Positions 9,844 to 19,600 of a DNA stretch of 64,000 nucleotides are shown piece by piece. The notes beneath the pieces were generated by a model that did no database searches, was not told the DNA's origin, and saw nothing but the letters and a program-made list of their open reading frames with translations. Numbering within the stretch: position 1 is the first letter of the stretch; each line of letters begins with the position of its first letter. Source of the stretch: a virus; IMG/VR virus record IMGVR_UViG_3300029319_009044, positions 106,909 to 170,908 of that record. One strand, 5' to 3'. A program made the position numbers and the translations under genes.

Positions 9844-11076
9844 ATGGCACTTGCATGTACTATTCAGCCTCTTTCAGCATTTTTATCTACTAATTTAAAT
9901 TCTAAAGTAGAGACTTACGATAGACTCGGAGATAGAATTAAAAGAGCTCTAGGTTACCCGATAGTAAGTTTAGAGATTCATACTGATCAATTAAGAGAAA
10001 ATATTCAAATAGCAGTAGAATATTTTACTAAATATGCTGGGTTTACACAAGAATATCTAATCTTTGATTCTAATATGTATGAAAAAAATAAAGGTATTCG
10101 TTTAGATTTATTATATACGTTAGCTAATACAAATTTAACTACTAATGCAAGAAAAGTAGCTGGTACTAATCCATTAGGACCGGGGCCTGAATTTATAGGC
10201 TCAACTCCTGAATCAGTTTATGTAAGTACATCATCAATATTATCAGGTAATTTTCATACATCAAAGTACCCAGTATATTCTGGTAGTACTGCAGTTTTAT
10301 CAGGCTCTCTTTCAGCCACATTTACTCCTTTAACTGGAGGTCAAAACGGTATTAGGAAATTTGAATTGTTTGATCAAACATTAGTCTCAACTATTACATC
10401 TCTTAAAACAACAAGTGGTTCACTTTTAGGTCAATCGCTATCGAGTCACTTTACAAAAACCACTAGACAAACTATAACTCAACAAGGATCAGCTTCAGAA
10501 GCTGTTTCTTTTCAAAATGTATTTGATTACGATATTATGGATTATAGAAAAGTAGTTGATGTTACTGACTTTGAAGAAGGTTCCACTACTGGTATTAATA
10601 CATTGTTTACATTAGAGCAAACTCTAGCTCAACAAACGTATTTTAGTTATGCTATGGGTAATTATGGATTTGATTTAATTTCGTGGTATACATTAAAAAA
10701 TTGGATAGATACTCGTGAAAAGGTATTAGCTATAAAAAGAGACGTAAAATTTGATGCTCGAACTCAGTATATGACAATGTACCCACAACCTGGTAACGAA
10801 AGATTTTACGGAGTCGTTTCATGTTATTTAGAAAAACCTATAAGAAATGTTATTATGGAACAATGGGTTTATGAATATTCACTAGCTCTTTCAATGATAA
10901 CTATAGGAAGAGTAAGAGGTAAGTTTGGTTCAGTTAATCTTTTAGGTGGAGGTGCTCTTAATTATGATTTACTTCAAGAAGGTCAGCAGAAAAAAGCTGA
11001 ATTAGAGCAAAAATTATTAGATGGAGCATCACCTGGACTTGGCGATTCTGATCCTACAATGTTCTTTGTCGGGTAA
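9844..11076 (+). CDS. gp13: Neck protein (T4 gp13-like) with Ser/Thr-rich insertion
   Basis: RIKRALGYP.V.LE...DQL, WVYEYSLAL...GRVRGKF..V.L.GG..LN. Confidence 0.85.
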   Translation: MALACTIQPLSAFLSTNLNSKVETYDRLGDRIKRALGYPIVSLEIHTDQLRENIQIAVEYFTKYAGFTQEYLIFDSNMYEKNKGIRLDLLYTLANTNLTTNARKVAGTNPLGPGPEFIGSTPESVYVSTSSILSGNFHTSKYPVYSGSTAVLSGSLSATFTPLTGGQNGIRKFELFDQTLVSTITSLKTTSGSLLGQSLSSHFTKTTRQTITQQGSASEAVSFQNVFDYDIMDYRKVVDVTDFEEGSTTGINTLFTLEQTLAQQTYFSYAMGNYGFDLISWYTLKNWIDTREKVLAIKRDVKFDARTQYMTMYPQPGNERFYGVVSCYLEKPIRNVIMEQWVYEYSLALSMITIGRVRGKFGSVNLLGGGALNYDLLQEGQQKKAELEQKLLDGASPGLGDSDPTMFFVG

Positions 11077-11513
11077 TGAACAAGTGGCGACAAGGTATAT
11101 TTATACCTAAAAATTCTCATAAATTTATAGGTGATAAAGCTATTTATAGATCCGGATTAGAATTAAAATTTTTTCGATTCTGTGATAATAATAATAATGT
11201 TAAAAAATGGGGTAGCGAAAATGTAATAGTACCATATTATAACCCTTTAGATAATAAAGGTCATAAGTATTACGTTGATAATTATATTGAAATTTTAGAA
11301 GGTAATAAATTAGTTAAATACTTAGTAGAAATAAAACATTCAAGGGAAACAAAACCACCAAGAACGAAGTATAGAAACCGTAAACATCTAATTTATGAAC
11401 AAAAAACTTTTGTAACTAATCAAGCAAAATGGAAAGCAGCTAAAGAATATAGTAAAAAAAGAGGGTATAAGTTTATTATTTTAACAGAAAAAGAGCTTAT
11501 TTTTAAAAGATGA
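11076..11513 (+). CDS. gp4: Head completion nuclease (T4 gp4, TnsA-like)
   Basis: QG.F.PKN..K, YRSGLE, WGSE..VVPY, YYVD, VEIK, NQAKWKAA, ILTEKEL. Confidence 0.92.
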   Translation: MNKWRQGIFIPKNSHKFIGDKAIYRSGLELKFFRFCDNNNNVKKWGSENVIVPYYNPLDNKGHKYYVDNYIEILEGNKLVKYLVEIKHSRETKPPRTKYRNRKHLIYEQKTFVTNQAKWKAAKEYSKKRGYKFIILTEKELIFKR

Positions 11514-11525
11514 ATAAATAATTGT

Positions 11526-12191
11526 ATGGCTTTAAAACTTAATTTAGTTGTAGAAAAACCTGACATAAACGATGAGTTCGAATATATTGAAGAACAAGCA
11601 GATAGAAATGCTGAATCGAGTCTTTTTATAAAAGGTCCTTATATGATGGCAGAAGGTGTAAATCGTAATAATAGGCTTTACCCTTTAGATGAATTAAAAA
11701 GAGAAACTGAACGTTATATTGAAGAAATGGTTAAACCGGGAAGAGCTATGGGAGAACTTAATCACCCAACTACAGCAGATGTAGATCTAGAAAGAGCATG
11801 TCATATGGTTACTGAATTAACACAAGAAGGTAATATATTCTATGGTAAATCTAAAGTTCTATCAACTCCTTGCGGGCAGGTAGTAAGATCGCTTATAAAT
11901 GATGGAGTAAAAGTAGGTATGTCTTCAAGAGCTTTGGGAACTTTAGAAGAGGGATCAGATCACAGTACAGTTAAAAATATGAAACTGGTTGCTATTGATT
12001 GTGTAGCTGATCCATCTTATCCAAGTGCTTTTGTAGATGGAATTTTAGAATCTAAACAATGGGTTGTCACAGGTGATAATAGATATGAAGAAATATATGA
12101 AGATTTTGAAAAATCTATAAAAACATTACCTAAAAAAGAAGTAGATTCATTTTTACGTAACAGAATTTTAAACTTTATTAAATCTTTATAA
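11526..12191 (+). CDS. gp21: Prohead core protease
   Basis: NRNNRLYP, GELNHP, GMSSRALG, DCVADPS. Confidence 0.95.
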   Translation: MALKLNLVVEKPDINDEFEYIEEQADRNAESSLFIKGPYMMAEGVNRNNRLYPLDELKRETERYIEEMVKPGRAMGELNHPTTADVDLERACHMVTELTQEGNIFYGKSKVLSTPCGQVVRSLINDGVKVGMSSRALGTLEEGSDHSTVKNMKLVAIDCVADPSYPSAFVDGILESKQWVVTGDNRYEEIYEDFEKSIKTLPKKEVDSFLRNRILNFIKSL

Positions 12192-12202
12192 TAAATAATA
12201 TT

Positions 12203-12349
12203 ATGGCTAATCAAAAAAACAAAATTATAAAGTTTATTCAAGAACTTTCTAGTAAAAATTATGCCGAGGCACATAAATATTTAAAGAGCGTAATTGAAGA
12301 CAAGATTACAAAGAAAATCAATAACGCTACAGAAAAACCACTCTTTTAA
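12203..12349 (+). CDS. Small prohead core protein (gp67-like), 48 aa MANQKNKIIKFIQELSSKNYAEA...
   Basis: Translated by hand; TAAATA-N5-ATG; position between gp21 and gp22. Confidence 0.6.
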   Translation: MANQKNKIIKFIQELSSKNYAEAHKYLKSVIEDKITKKINNATEKPLF

Positions 12350-12350
12350 T

Positions 12351-13205
12351 ATGAAAAACGAAAAATCATTACCCGAGCAGGCAGAAGAAGTACTTACTGA
12401 AGATTCAGTAAAAGAAATAGAAACTGCCATTGAAGAAAAAATTCAATTATCAGTTGAAGCAGCACTGACTAATCAAGACGAGTTATATGCAGAAAAACTT
12501 GAAGAGTTAGTAACAGCAATTGATAAAGATCATACTGATAAATTAAAAAGAGTGGTTGAAGCAGTAGATCATAATAACGCTAATAAGCTTGTACATGTAG
12601 TTAAAAAGTATGAAAATGAACTTAACGATAAAGCAGATTCATTTAAAAATACTTTAGTAGAAAGTGTTTCAGATTATTTAGATGAATATCTAGAAGAGTC
12701 AGTTCCAACACAAGCTATTGAAGAAGCTACTAAAAATAGAACAGCTAGAGAAGTTCTTTCTAATTTAAGAAAGGTACTTGCTGTTGATTCAAGTCTTATG
12801 AGTGAGTCAGTCAAAGAAGCGGTATTAGATGGTAAAACTCAAATTGATGAATTAACCTCTAAAGTTGATGAATTACATAAAGAAAATGTACTTCTAAAAG
12901 AAGCTTATGATAAGCAAACTTCTACTTTACTGTTAGAAAATAAAACTGCAGGTATAAATGGTAAGAAGAAAGAATATCTACTTAAGATTTTAAGTGATAA
13001 ATCGCCTAAGTTTATTGAAGAGAATTTCGAATATACTTGTAAATTGTTTGATAAAAAAGAAAATGAAAGACTTTCAGTACTAAAAGAGGAAGCATACAAA
13101 AAGCGTAAAGTTAAAACAGATGCTCCAGTACAACCAATTACAGAGGAGAAAAAGCCTGAGATTTCTAACCCTTATTTAGCGGAATTAAAAAGATCTCACA
13201 AATAA
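12351..13205 (+). CDS. gp22: Prohead core scaffolding protein
   Basis: Acidic coiled coil with LVESVSDYLD.Y.EE; between gp21 and gp23; start moved to ATG 12351. Confidence 0.85.
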   Translation: MKNEKSLPEQAEEVLTEDSVKEIETAIEEKIQLSVEAALTNQDELYAEKLEELVTAIDKDHTDKLKRVVEAVDHNNANKLVHVVKKYENELNDKADSFKNTLVESVSDYLDEYLEESVPTQAIEEATKNRTAREVLSNLRKVLAVDSSLMSESVKEAVLDGKTQIDELTSKVDELHKENVLLKEAYDKQTSTLLLENKTAGINGKKKEYLLKILSDKSPKFIEENFEYTCKLFDKKENERLSVLKEEAYKKRKVKTDAPVQPITEEKKPEISNPYLAELKRSHK

Positions 13206-13287
13206 TTTCACCCCTGAACAATGAGGTGCTTGCCACCTGAGTAACTTGGGACTAGATCCCATGAGGTAAAATGAAAGGAAACGTCTA
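13206..13287 (+). promoter_or_regulatory. Structured 5' leader and Shine-Dalgarno of the major capsid gene
   Basis: Hairpins AGGTG-cttgc-CACCT (13224-38) and TGGGA-ctaga-TCCCA (13247-61); TTTCA(13206-10) complementary to TGAAA(13272-76); AAGGA 8 nt before ATG. Confidence 0.55.
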
Positions 13288-14784
13288 ATGAATAAACCAC
13301 AATCATTTATTGATAGAGATAGAGCAGATTCACTTCTTGAGAAGTGGGCACCTGTTCTTGAGTACTCTTCCGATAGTGTTAAGCCCATTGAAGACGATCA
13401 CACCCGCCTTAATACTGCTATTCTTCTTGAGAACCAAGAGCAGTGGTGTATTGAGGAAGCCAATTCCGCTGGTAACGGCGGAGCTCTTGGTAGTGGTGGT
13501 ACTAACTCTGGTATTTATAATCCAACAGCTGCTGGTAACTCCTATGTAGGAGCTCCTAACGCTGATACTTATGCTGCTGGAGATGCTCGTCTTCCTAAAG
13601 TGCTTATCCCAATGATTCGTCGTACGTTCCCTGAGCTTATTACTAACGAAATCGTCGGTGTTCAGCCAATGTCTGGTCCTGTTGGATTAGCATTTGCTCT
13701 TCGCTACGCTTATCAGTCTACTACTCTTGGTAGTGGTATTGATGGTGGTGCTTCCGGCGGTGGAAGTGGTGCTGGTATTTCGCATGCTAAGTATGCGGGA
13801 GCTGGTGGACTTCCTGGTGATGAGCTTGGATACCAGCTTCTTGATACTCGCTTTACTGGTTCATCTGCTCACAATCTTAGTGGTGTAGGTGGTTACTGGG
13901 AATTCGCAGATCAAGATAAAGGTGTTGCGCAAATTCTTTCTGCTTTTGAAATCACTGGATCCATTCCTCAGGTTGAGGTTAAGTTCGAAAAGACCGCAGT
14001 TGAGGCCGGTACACGCCGCCTTGGTGCTCGCTGGTCTGTTGAACTTGAGCAAGACCTTAAGAACATGAACGGTATTGATATTGATGCTGAGATCACGAAT
14101 GCTATGTCATACGAGATTCAAGCTGAGATCGACCGTGAAATGCTCATGAGAATGATTCAAGCTGCTTTCAGTGGTGGACTGAACAAAGGCTACTCCGTAT
14201 GGTCACCTGCTTCTGCAGATGGTCGTTGGATGGTCGAGCGTAATAGGGACTTTTATCAGCGTCTTATCATTGAAGCCAATCGTATTGCTGTACGTAACAG
14301 ACGTGGAGCTGCTAACTTTATTGTTGCTACTCCTCGTGTTTGCGCCATCCTTGAGATGCTCCCTGAATTCCAGTGGGTACCTGTACAGGGTGATGTAAAT
14401 ACCCAGCCTGTTGGTATTGCTAAGGTTGGTTCGCTTGGTGGAAGATTCAACGTTTACCGTGATACTCGTACAGAGGTTCAGAATAGCACTAACTACGGAG
14501 GTGACAACGCTGGTGAATACAGCGGTGGTACATCTGGAGTTGAATATGCACTCCTTGGTTACAAGGGACCTGAATTCTACGATACTGGTATCATTTATTG
14601 TCCTTACATTCCTGTCATGGTTCAGAGAACTATCGGTCCTAACGACTTCGCTCCACGTGTTGGATTGCTTACTCGTTATGGTGTTGTTGACAACATCTTC
14701 GGTGCTGATCTCTACTACCATGTCATTATTGTTCAGGGACTTGGTACTGCGTTTACGCCAGCTTCACAGTCGGTGTACTTCTAA
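13288..14784 (+). CDS. gp23: Major capsid protein
   Basis: LLEKWAPVL, AILLENQ, VGVQPMSGPVGLAFALR, WSVELEQDLK, EIDREM, YCPYIP, PRVGLLTRYG; strongly biased codon use. Confidence 0.98.
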   Translation: MNKPQSFIDRDRADSLLEKWAPVLEYSSDSVKPIEDDHTRLNTAILLENQEQWCIEEANSAGNGGALGSGGTNSGIYNPTAAGNSYVGAPNADTYAAGDARLPKVLIPMIRRTFPELITNEIVGVQPMSGPVGLAFALRYAYQSTTLGSGIDGGASGGGSGAGISHAKYAGAGGLPGDELGYQLLDTRFTGSSAHNLSGVGGYWEFADQDKGVAQILSAFEITGSIPQVEVKFEKTAVEAGTRRLGARWSVELEQDLKNMNGIDIDAEITNAMSYEIQAEIDREMLMRMIQAAFSGGLNKGYSVWSPASADGRWMVERNRDFYQRLIIEANRIAVRNRRGAANFIVATPRVCAILEMLPEFQWVPVQGDVNTQPVGIAKVGSLGGRFNVYRDTRTEVQNSTNYGGDNAGEYSGGTSGVEYALLGYKGPEFYDTGIIYCPYIPVMVQRTIGPNDFAPRVGLLTRYGVVDNIFGADLYYHVIIVQGLGTAFTPASQSVYF

Positions 14785-14830
14785 TAGGAGTCATCGCTGG
14801 TTGAAGCAGCAGTCGCAAGACACAATCACT

Positions 14831-14870
14831 AAACAGCAGAGCGAAAGCTCTGCTGTTTTTTTTTATTTTT
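14831..14870 (+). terminator. Rho-independent terminator after gp23
   Basis: AAACAGCAGAGC-GAAA-GCTCTGCTGTTT followed by a T-run. Confidence 0.92.
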
Positions 14871-14904
14871 ATTGACATAAAGCTTATAAAAGAAGTTAAA
14901 AAGC

Positions 14905-14912
14905 TATAAATA
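14905..14912 (+). promoter_or_regulatory. T4-type late promoter TATAAATA, 5 nt before ATG 14918 (representative of >20 sites)
   Basis: Exact T4 gp55 consensus; the TAAATA-N5-start spacing is repeated across the window. Confidence 0.8.
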
Positions 14913-14917
14913 TTCAT

Positions 14918-15517
14918 ATGGCCGATTACACAGACATTAATAAAGCTTTTACAGACGCACTATACGGACAGCGTATTTCAGCAGATTCAACAAACACAGG
15001 TTTATCTGCATTTGGTTCTCCAGCACCACTTAACAATACTGATAGAAGTGATGGTAGAGGAGGATTTTTCTCTCTAAGTGCAGCTAATAATTCAATGCAA
15101 CTATTATCTTCTTCTGAATATCATACATTTGCTGATGATCCGGTAGTTGGTCTACTTTATAACTTAGTTCCAACTGCTAGTGGTGCTCATAAATTTACTC
15201 ATCACCTTGCTGATCCAGTAACCGGAGGTGGTACTGCTGGCACTAACAAGCATGCTGCTGCTACTATTAAATTTGCAGGTACTTACTTTAACGGTGGGTT
15301 CCATGGCAAACATAGAAAACTCGCTTTAGTTACTAAAAAGGGTAATACTATTTTCTATACTATTAATAAGCATGAAACAGCACATGGTAGACATACTTTC
15401 ACACCTACTGGTTCAGCAGGATCAGACTTCAACCTAGGCCTTGGAGCTGGTGCAACTGGTGATCCTCCAGCTATTGGTGATAATATGCGTAGATTAGTAC
15501 AATTAGGTTATCGCTAA
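14918..15517 (+). CDS. Hypothetical virion protein (possible head decoration)
   Basis: Gly/Ala/Thr-rich, late promoter, immediately after gp23. Confidence 0.6.
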   Translation: MADYTDINKAFTDALYGQRISADSTNTGLSAFGSPAPLNNTDRSDGRGGFFSLSAANNSMQLLSSSEYHTFADDPVVGLLYNLVPTASGAHKFTHHLADPVTGGGTAGTNKHAAATIKFAGTYFNGGFHGKHRKLALVTKKGNTIFYTINKHETAHGRHTFTPTGSAGSDFNLGLGAGATGDPPAIGDNMRRLVQLGYR

Positions 15518-15551
15518 GCGTCTCCCTTATTCTCCACGTAATAAAGTATAT

Positions 15552-15800
15552 TTACAGCTGTTGATCTCGAGCTTGTCTTACTATCTCTATTTCATTATAT
15601 AAAATATAATGATCTTGTTTATTACTGTCCCAATATGCTGATGCTGTAGCATAATCGCTAAAGTGATGCTCTTGCAAGAAGTTATCTGATACTCTAAAGC
15701 CAGTATCATCTACTGTATATTCTACTAGATCTACGTAATAACCACTTAAAGGCTCTCTACGAGGATCGCATTTTGTTATATTCCAATCGTATTCTTTCAT
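15552..15800 (-). CDS. Hypothetical protein
   Basis: ORF coupled to the upstream gene, end of the fibre operon. Confidence 0.6.
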   Translation of the reverse strand: MKEYDWNITKCDPRREPLSGYYVDLVEYTVDDTGFRVSDNFLQEHHFSDYATASAYWDSNKQDHYILYNEIEIVRQARDQQL

Positions 15801-16645
15801 TAGCTTATATTATAAAAGTCCATTATATTTTTTTCTAGAGCTGATTTTACAGTACTACAGTCTTCTCTATATACTAGTACCTCAGCAACCCTACCATCAA
15901 GTGGATAAGCTGCGACACTACTAGCACCTCCTATACCATACACACCACCAGAATCATTACTCTCTAGAGGAGTGGTTCCAATAGAAGAACCGTCAATAGA
16001 AGGTTGCCAGTTACCTTGTGTAGAACCAGCTATACCTGTAAATAGATGTACATTTGTATCAGCTGTTTGATCTTCTGCATCAAAATCATCTGCGTATCCA
16101 AAGTTAAAATTACCTTGCCACCCACTAGGCATAAACCATCTACCATTATTATTAGTCCACCCTAAAGAAAGCATCATCTGCTGTGCACTAAAAGTTGTTG
16201 TATCAAATTGACCTACACAAAAAGAACTACATTCTCCAACGTTAATATCAGGTAATGCACTATTCAAAGGCATAAAATCATTACCACCATCAAAATCCAT
16301 TGCTGGTAAGCCATTACACGTTTGTAATGTACCAGATGAATTTACAATTTCCGGCATGTTAAATCTAGAAGTTTGTGAGGCATCGTTACCGTTTCCACTC
16401 TGATCATATAATATTTTAACTCGAACTTTTCCTCCCCCACCAAATGTTGTTAATGTACCATCAATAATGTCAGTAACACTCATATCTTGTGTTGCTCCAT
16501 TACTATCTTTATACGCCTGAATGATTGGCCCGTTATACGCTCTATTTAAATATCTTGCAGTACTATACATACCATACGCATCAGTAGAAAATATATCCAT
16601 TAAAAGATCTCTCCTAGAACTAAGTATACCTGCTTTACTTCTCAT
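15800..16645 (-). CDS. Concanavalin/LamG-like tail-associated protein
   Basis: LYDQSGNGNDASQ, P.MDFDG, LDGRVAEVLVY, LEKNIMDFYNI pattern of phage LamG-like proteins. Confidence 0.6.
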   Translation of the reverse strand: MRSKAGILSSRRDLLMDIFSTDAYGMYSTARYLNRAYNGPIIQAYKDSNGATQDMSVTDIIDGTLTTFGGGGKVRVKILYDQSGNGNDASQTSRFNMPEIVNSSGTLQTCNGLPAMDFDGGNDFMPLNSALPDINVGECSSFCVGQFDTTTFSAQQMMLSLGWTNNNGRWFMPSGWQGNFNFGYADDFDAEDQTADTNVHLFTGIAGSTQGNWQPSIDGSSIGTTPLESNDSGGVYGIGGASSVAAYPLDGRVAEVLVYREDCSTVKSALEKNIMDFYNIS

Positions 16646-16648
16646 ATT

Positions 16649-19600
16649 TTATGCTGTTAAATCACCTGCTATTAGCCATTCGTCAGTAGCTATTTTAGTT
16701 AACACTGCTGTACTATATTGGACACGAGTTTTTAATTCATTATCAGCTGAACGTGCTGTTACTCCAGAACCTGCTAATATTGTAACTTGACCTGCTCCTC
16801 CTTGAAATAGTGTAACTTCAGCTCCAACAGGGAAAGCTACCGAACTATTAGGAGGTATTGTCACGCATACTGCACTTGATTTATTCATTTCTACTAATTT
16901 ACCATGATCAGCTAATGCTAATGTATAATCAGCAGTATTACAGCTAATACCAACTGCTTGCCTTACCATTCCAGTAACACATACATTATTGTTAAATGTT
17001 GCAGTACCAGCATCAGAACCATCGATTGTGAGAGCAGTTATACCACTACCACCATCGTTAACTTGAAATTTTATATCACCGTTCAATATTGGATTTTTTA
17101 AAAAGAAATGATCACTAGATTTGAATAAGTCAGCAAAATTTGTACCATCAGCTAGTAAGCAAATATTATTACCTGCAGCATCTAGATTAATATCTCCACC
17201 TACATCAATATAAAAATCCCCAGCATCAGTAATATTAGACCCATTAAAAGTCATATCATCTACAACTAAAGAACCAGTTATAGTTGCATCTGCAACTACA
17301 CTTAATCCATCTGCTGTAACAGTACCATCAAAGTATGCATCTTTAAATTCATTACTTGAACTACCTAAATCTATGCTATCATCAGCAACAGGTAGTATAG
17401 CTCCATCTGTAATTTTTAACTGTGTATCACCATCTGTACCACCAGAACCTAGATGTACTTCACCGCTAACAGAGGTTAAAATTAAATCACCGCTAGTAGT
17501 TTCATTTCTAATAACTACATCACCTAAAGCTGCACCATTAGAAAAGGCACCACCACCGCTAGGTATACCAATTCTAAGAACACCACTATCTGTAACACTA
17601 CAGTTACAACCAGTAAGAATTGTACAGTTACCGCTACCTGCTGGATTTAATTGAAGAGATGTATTCCCTCCTGTAACACAAAGACGACCGGTTACTACTG
17701 TACCAGACGCATCTGTGTTAAGCATTGTTGATCCATTATGCATTAAGAAAGATGAACCACCATCGGTGAACTGTGCCATTGCATTACCATCAGTATCTTG
17801 CAAATAAATTGCAGGGCCATCTGTTTGTAGGTATAAACCTCCATCACCTATATCTTTTATATAACTATGGCTTCCATCGTGGTAAAGTTGTAGATCATTC
17901 CCACCACCTAAAGATAACCTTGTATTATCCGTCAGTTTTAACCTATCCTCTGACTGAACCCATCTTAAAAAACGATCTGCAGTAGCTCCATAAAACTTTA
18001 CATCATAGCCTGTATCATTAACACCAACGGTTAGGGTACCATCTAGTTGTACATTCCCATCAATATCAACTGCATCAAGATTAGTAGTACCGTCGACGTC
18101 TAAATCAGTTCCAACATATAATTTTTTAGCTATTCCTACTCCACCTAGGAAACGAGCTGCTCCTGTAGATGAACTTGATGCATCAGTTGCAGTACAAACG
18201 CAAAATAATCCTGTTTCAACATCTAAGTTTCCAACTGATACATCATTCAAAGTTGAATTACTAACAACAGTAATATTGTCTAAGTGACCGGATTTCCATC
18301 TAGCAGAACTAGTACCTAAATCTACATCACTATCTGTTTCAGGACCAAAAACACCATCAGAAACATAGACTTGTTCGGCGTTAGCAGCATAAAAATGTAT
18401 TTCATCAGCTGTCTCGAAGTCAATCTTGGTCTGATCATCTTCACCTATCTTAAGATCAGTTGCAAGGATAGATGTTATACCTGTTTGAGCTGCAGTAACA
18501 GCAACATCGTTTGCATTAACTGTTATACCAGTTCCTGCACCAACTGCTAAATTACCCGATGAAGTAACAGAACCTGTTAATCCATCTCCGCCTCCTACAC
18601 ATGTTACTAAAGAAGATTTTCCATCTAATAAGTTAAGCTCTGCTGCTGTAGCATCAACTGCTGTACCATTAAGAACCAGCTTACTGTTACCCATACAAAC
18701 TTCATCTGCGAAAGTTGCCTTTTGTGTAGGAGATAAAGTTAAAGCATGAGTATCATTAGTAAATATAACAACTTCGCCATCGCTCTGACAAGATCCTATA
18801 TAAAACCCGTCGGCTCCTCCACCACTAGTTGGATCAGTTGTTCTTATTTCATAATCTACGGCACCAGTGTTATTCACAAATTGAATACTATGATCATCAT
18901 CATCTGTAGAATCAATTAAACATAACTTAGGTCCCCCGTTCTCAATACAAATATTACCACCGGTATGAATTGTATTATTAAAGCATGCCATACCGGCATT
19001 AGACATATCTAATGTTAAAGCTGTTATAGTTGCCCCATCATCATTACCTTTAAATAATATGTCTTTATTGCTTGTTGCAGATTTGATAACGAAATCAGAA
19101 GATACCCTTTTGAAACTGCCAAATTCAGTACCGCCGTCTTTTAATATTATATCAGTTCCATCTGCATCAAGTATAATATCCCCACCAGCATCAATAGTAA
19201 GATCACCAGCATCTGATATAGTAGAATCGTTAATAGTAATATCATCTACAGTAAGAGTTGTAAGCGTACCTAAAGATGTTATATTGGTTTGACTTGCTTG
19301 TGTTATACAACCACTGAAATTACCCGAAAATACTGTAGCTGTTACGGTTCCAGTAGAAGGGTTATAATGAAAATCACCATCTGATTCTAAAGCAACATTA
19401 CCGGTTGAACCAGCATCAGCAATGAAAGGTATTAAGTCATTTTCATCTGTACTTTCATTGTCAGCTATATTCAACTTACAAGAGTTAGTAGCATTTTGAG
19501 CATTAGTTACAGTAACTCCAGCAATAACCGTATTAAGTGCTGTACCACCTACTGTTATTGCATCCGCTTCAAGAGTGCCATCAAAATCACCATCTACTGC

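Noticed and set aside
13206-13287. Known riboswitch or hammerhead ribozyme in the gp23 leader
   Set aside because: Could not match the conserved cores (hammerhead CUGAnGA/GAAA, preQ1, c-di-GMP) by eye; kept only as an unassigned structure
13185-14875. Several alternative-frame and antisense ORFs over gp23
   Set aside because: Shadows of the strong codon bias of the capsid gene; no motifs or start signals
14872-14902. TTGACA sigma70 promoter after the gp23 terminator
   Set aside because: No convincing -10 at 16-18 bp; the TATAAATA late site explains the downstream gene
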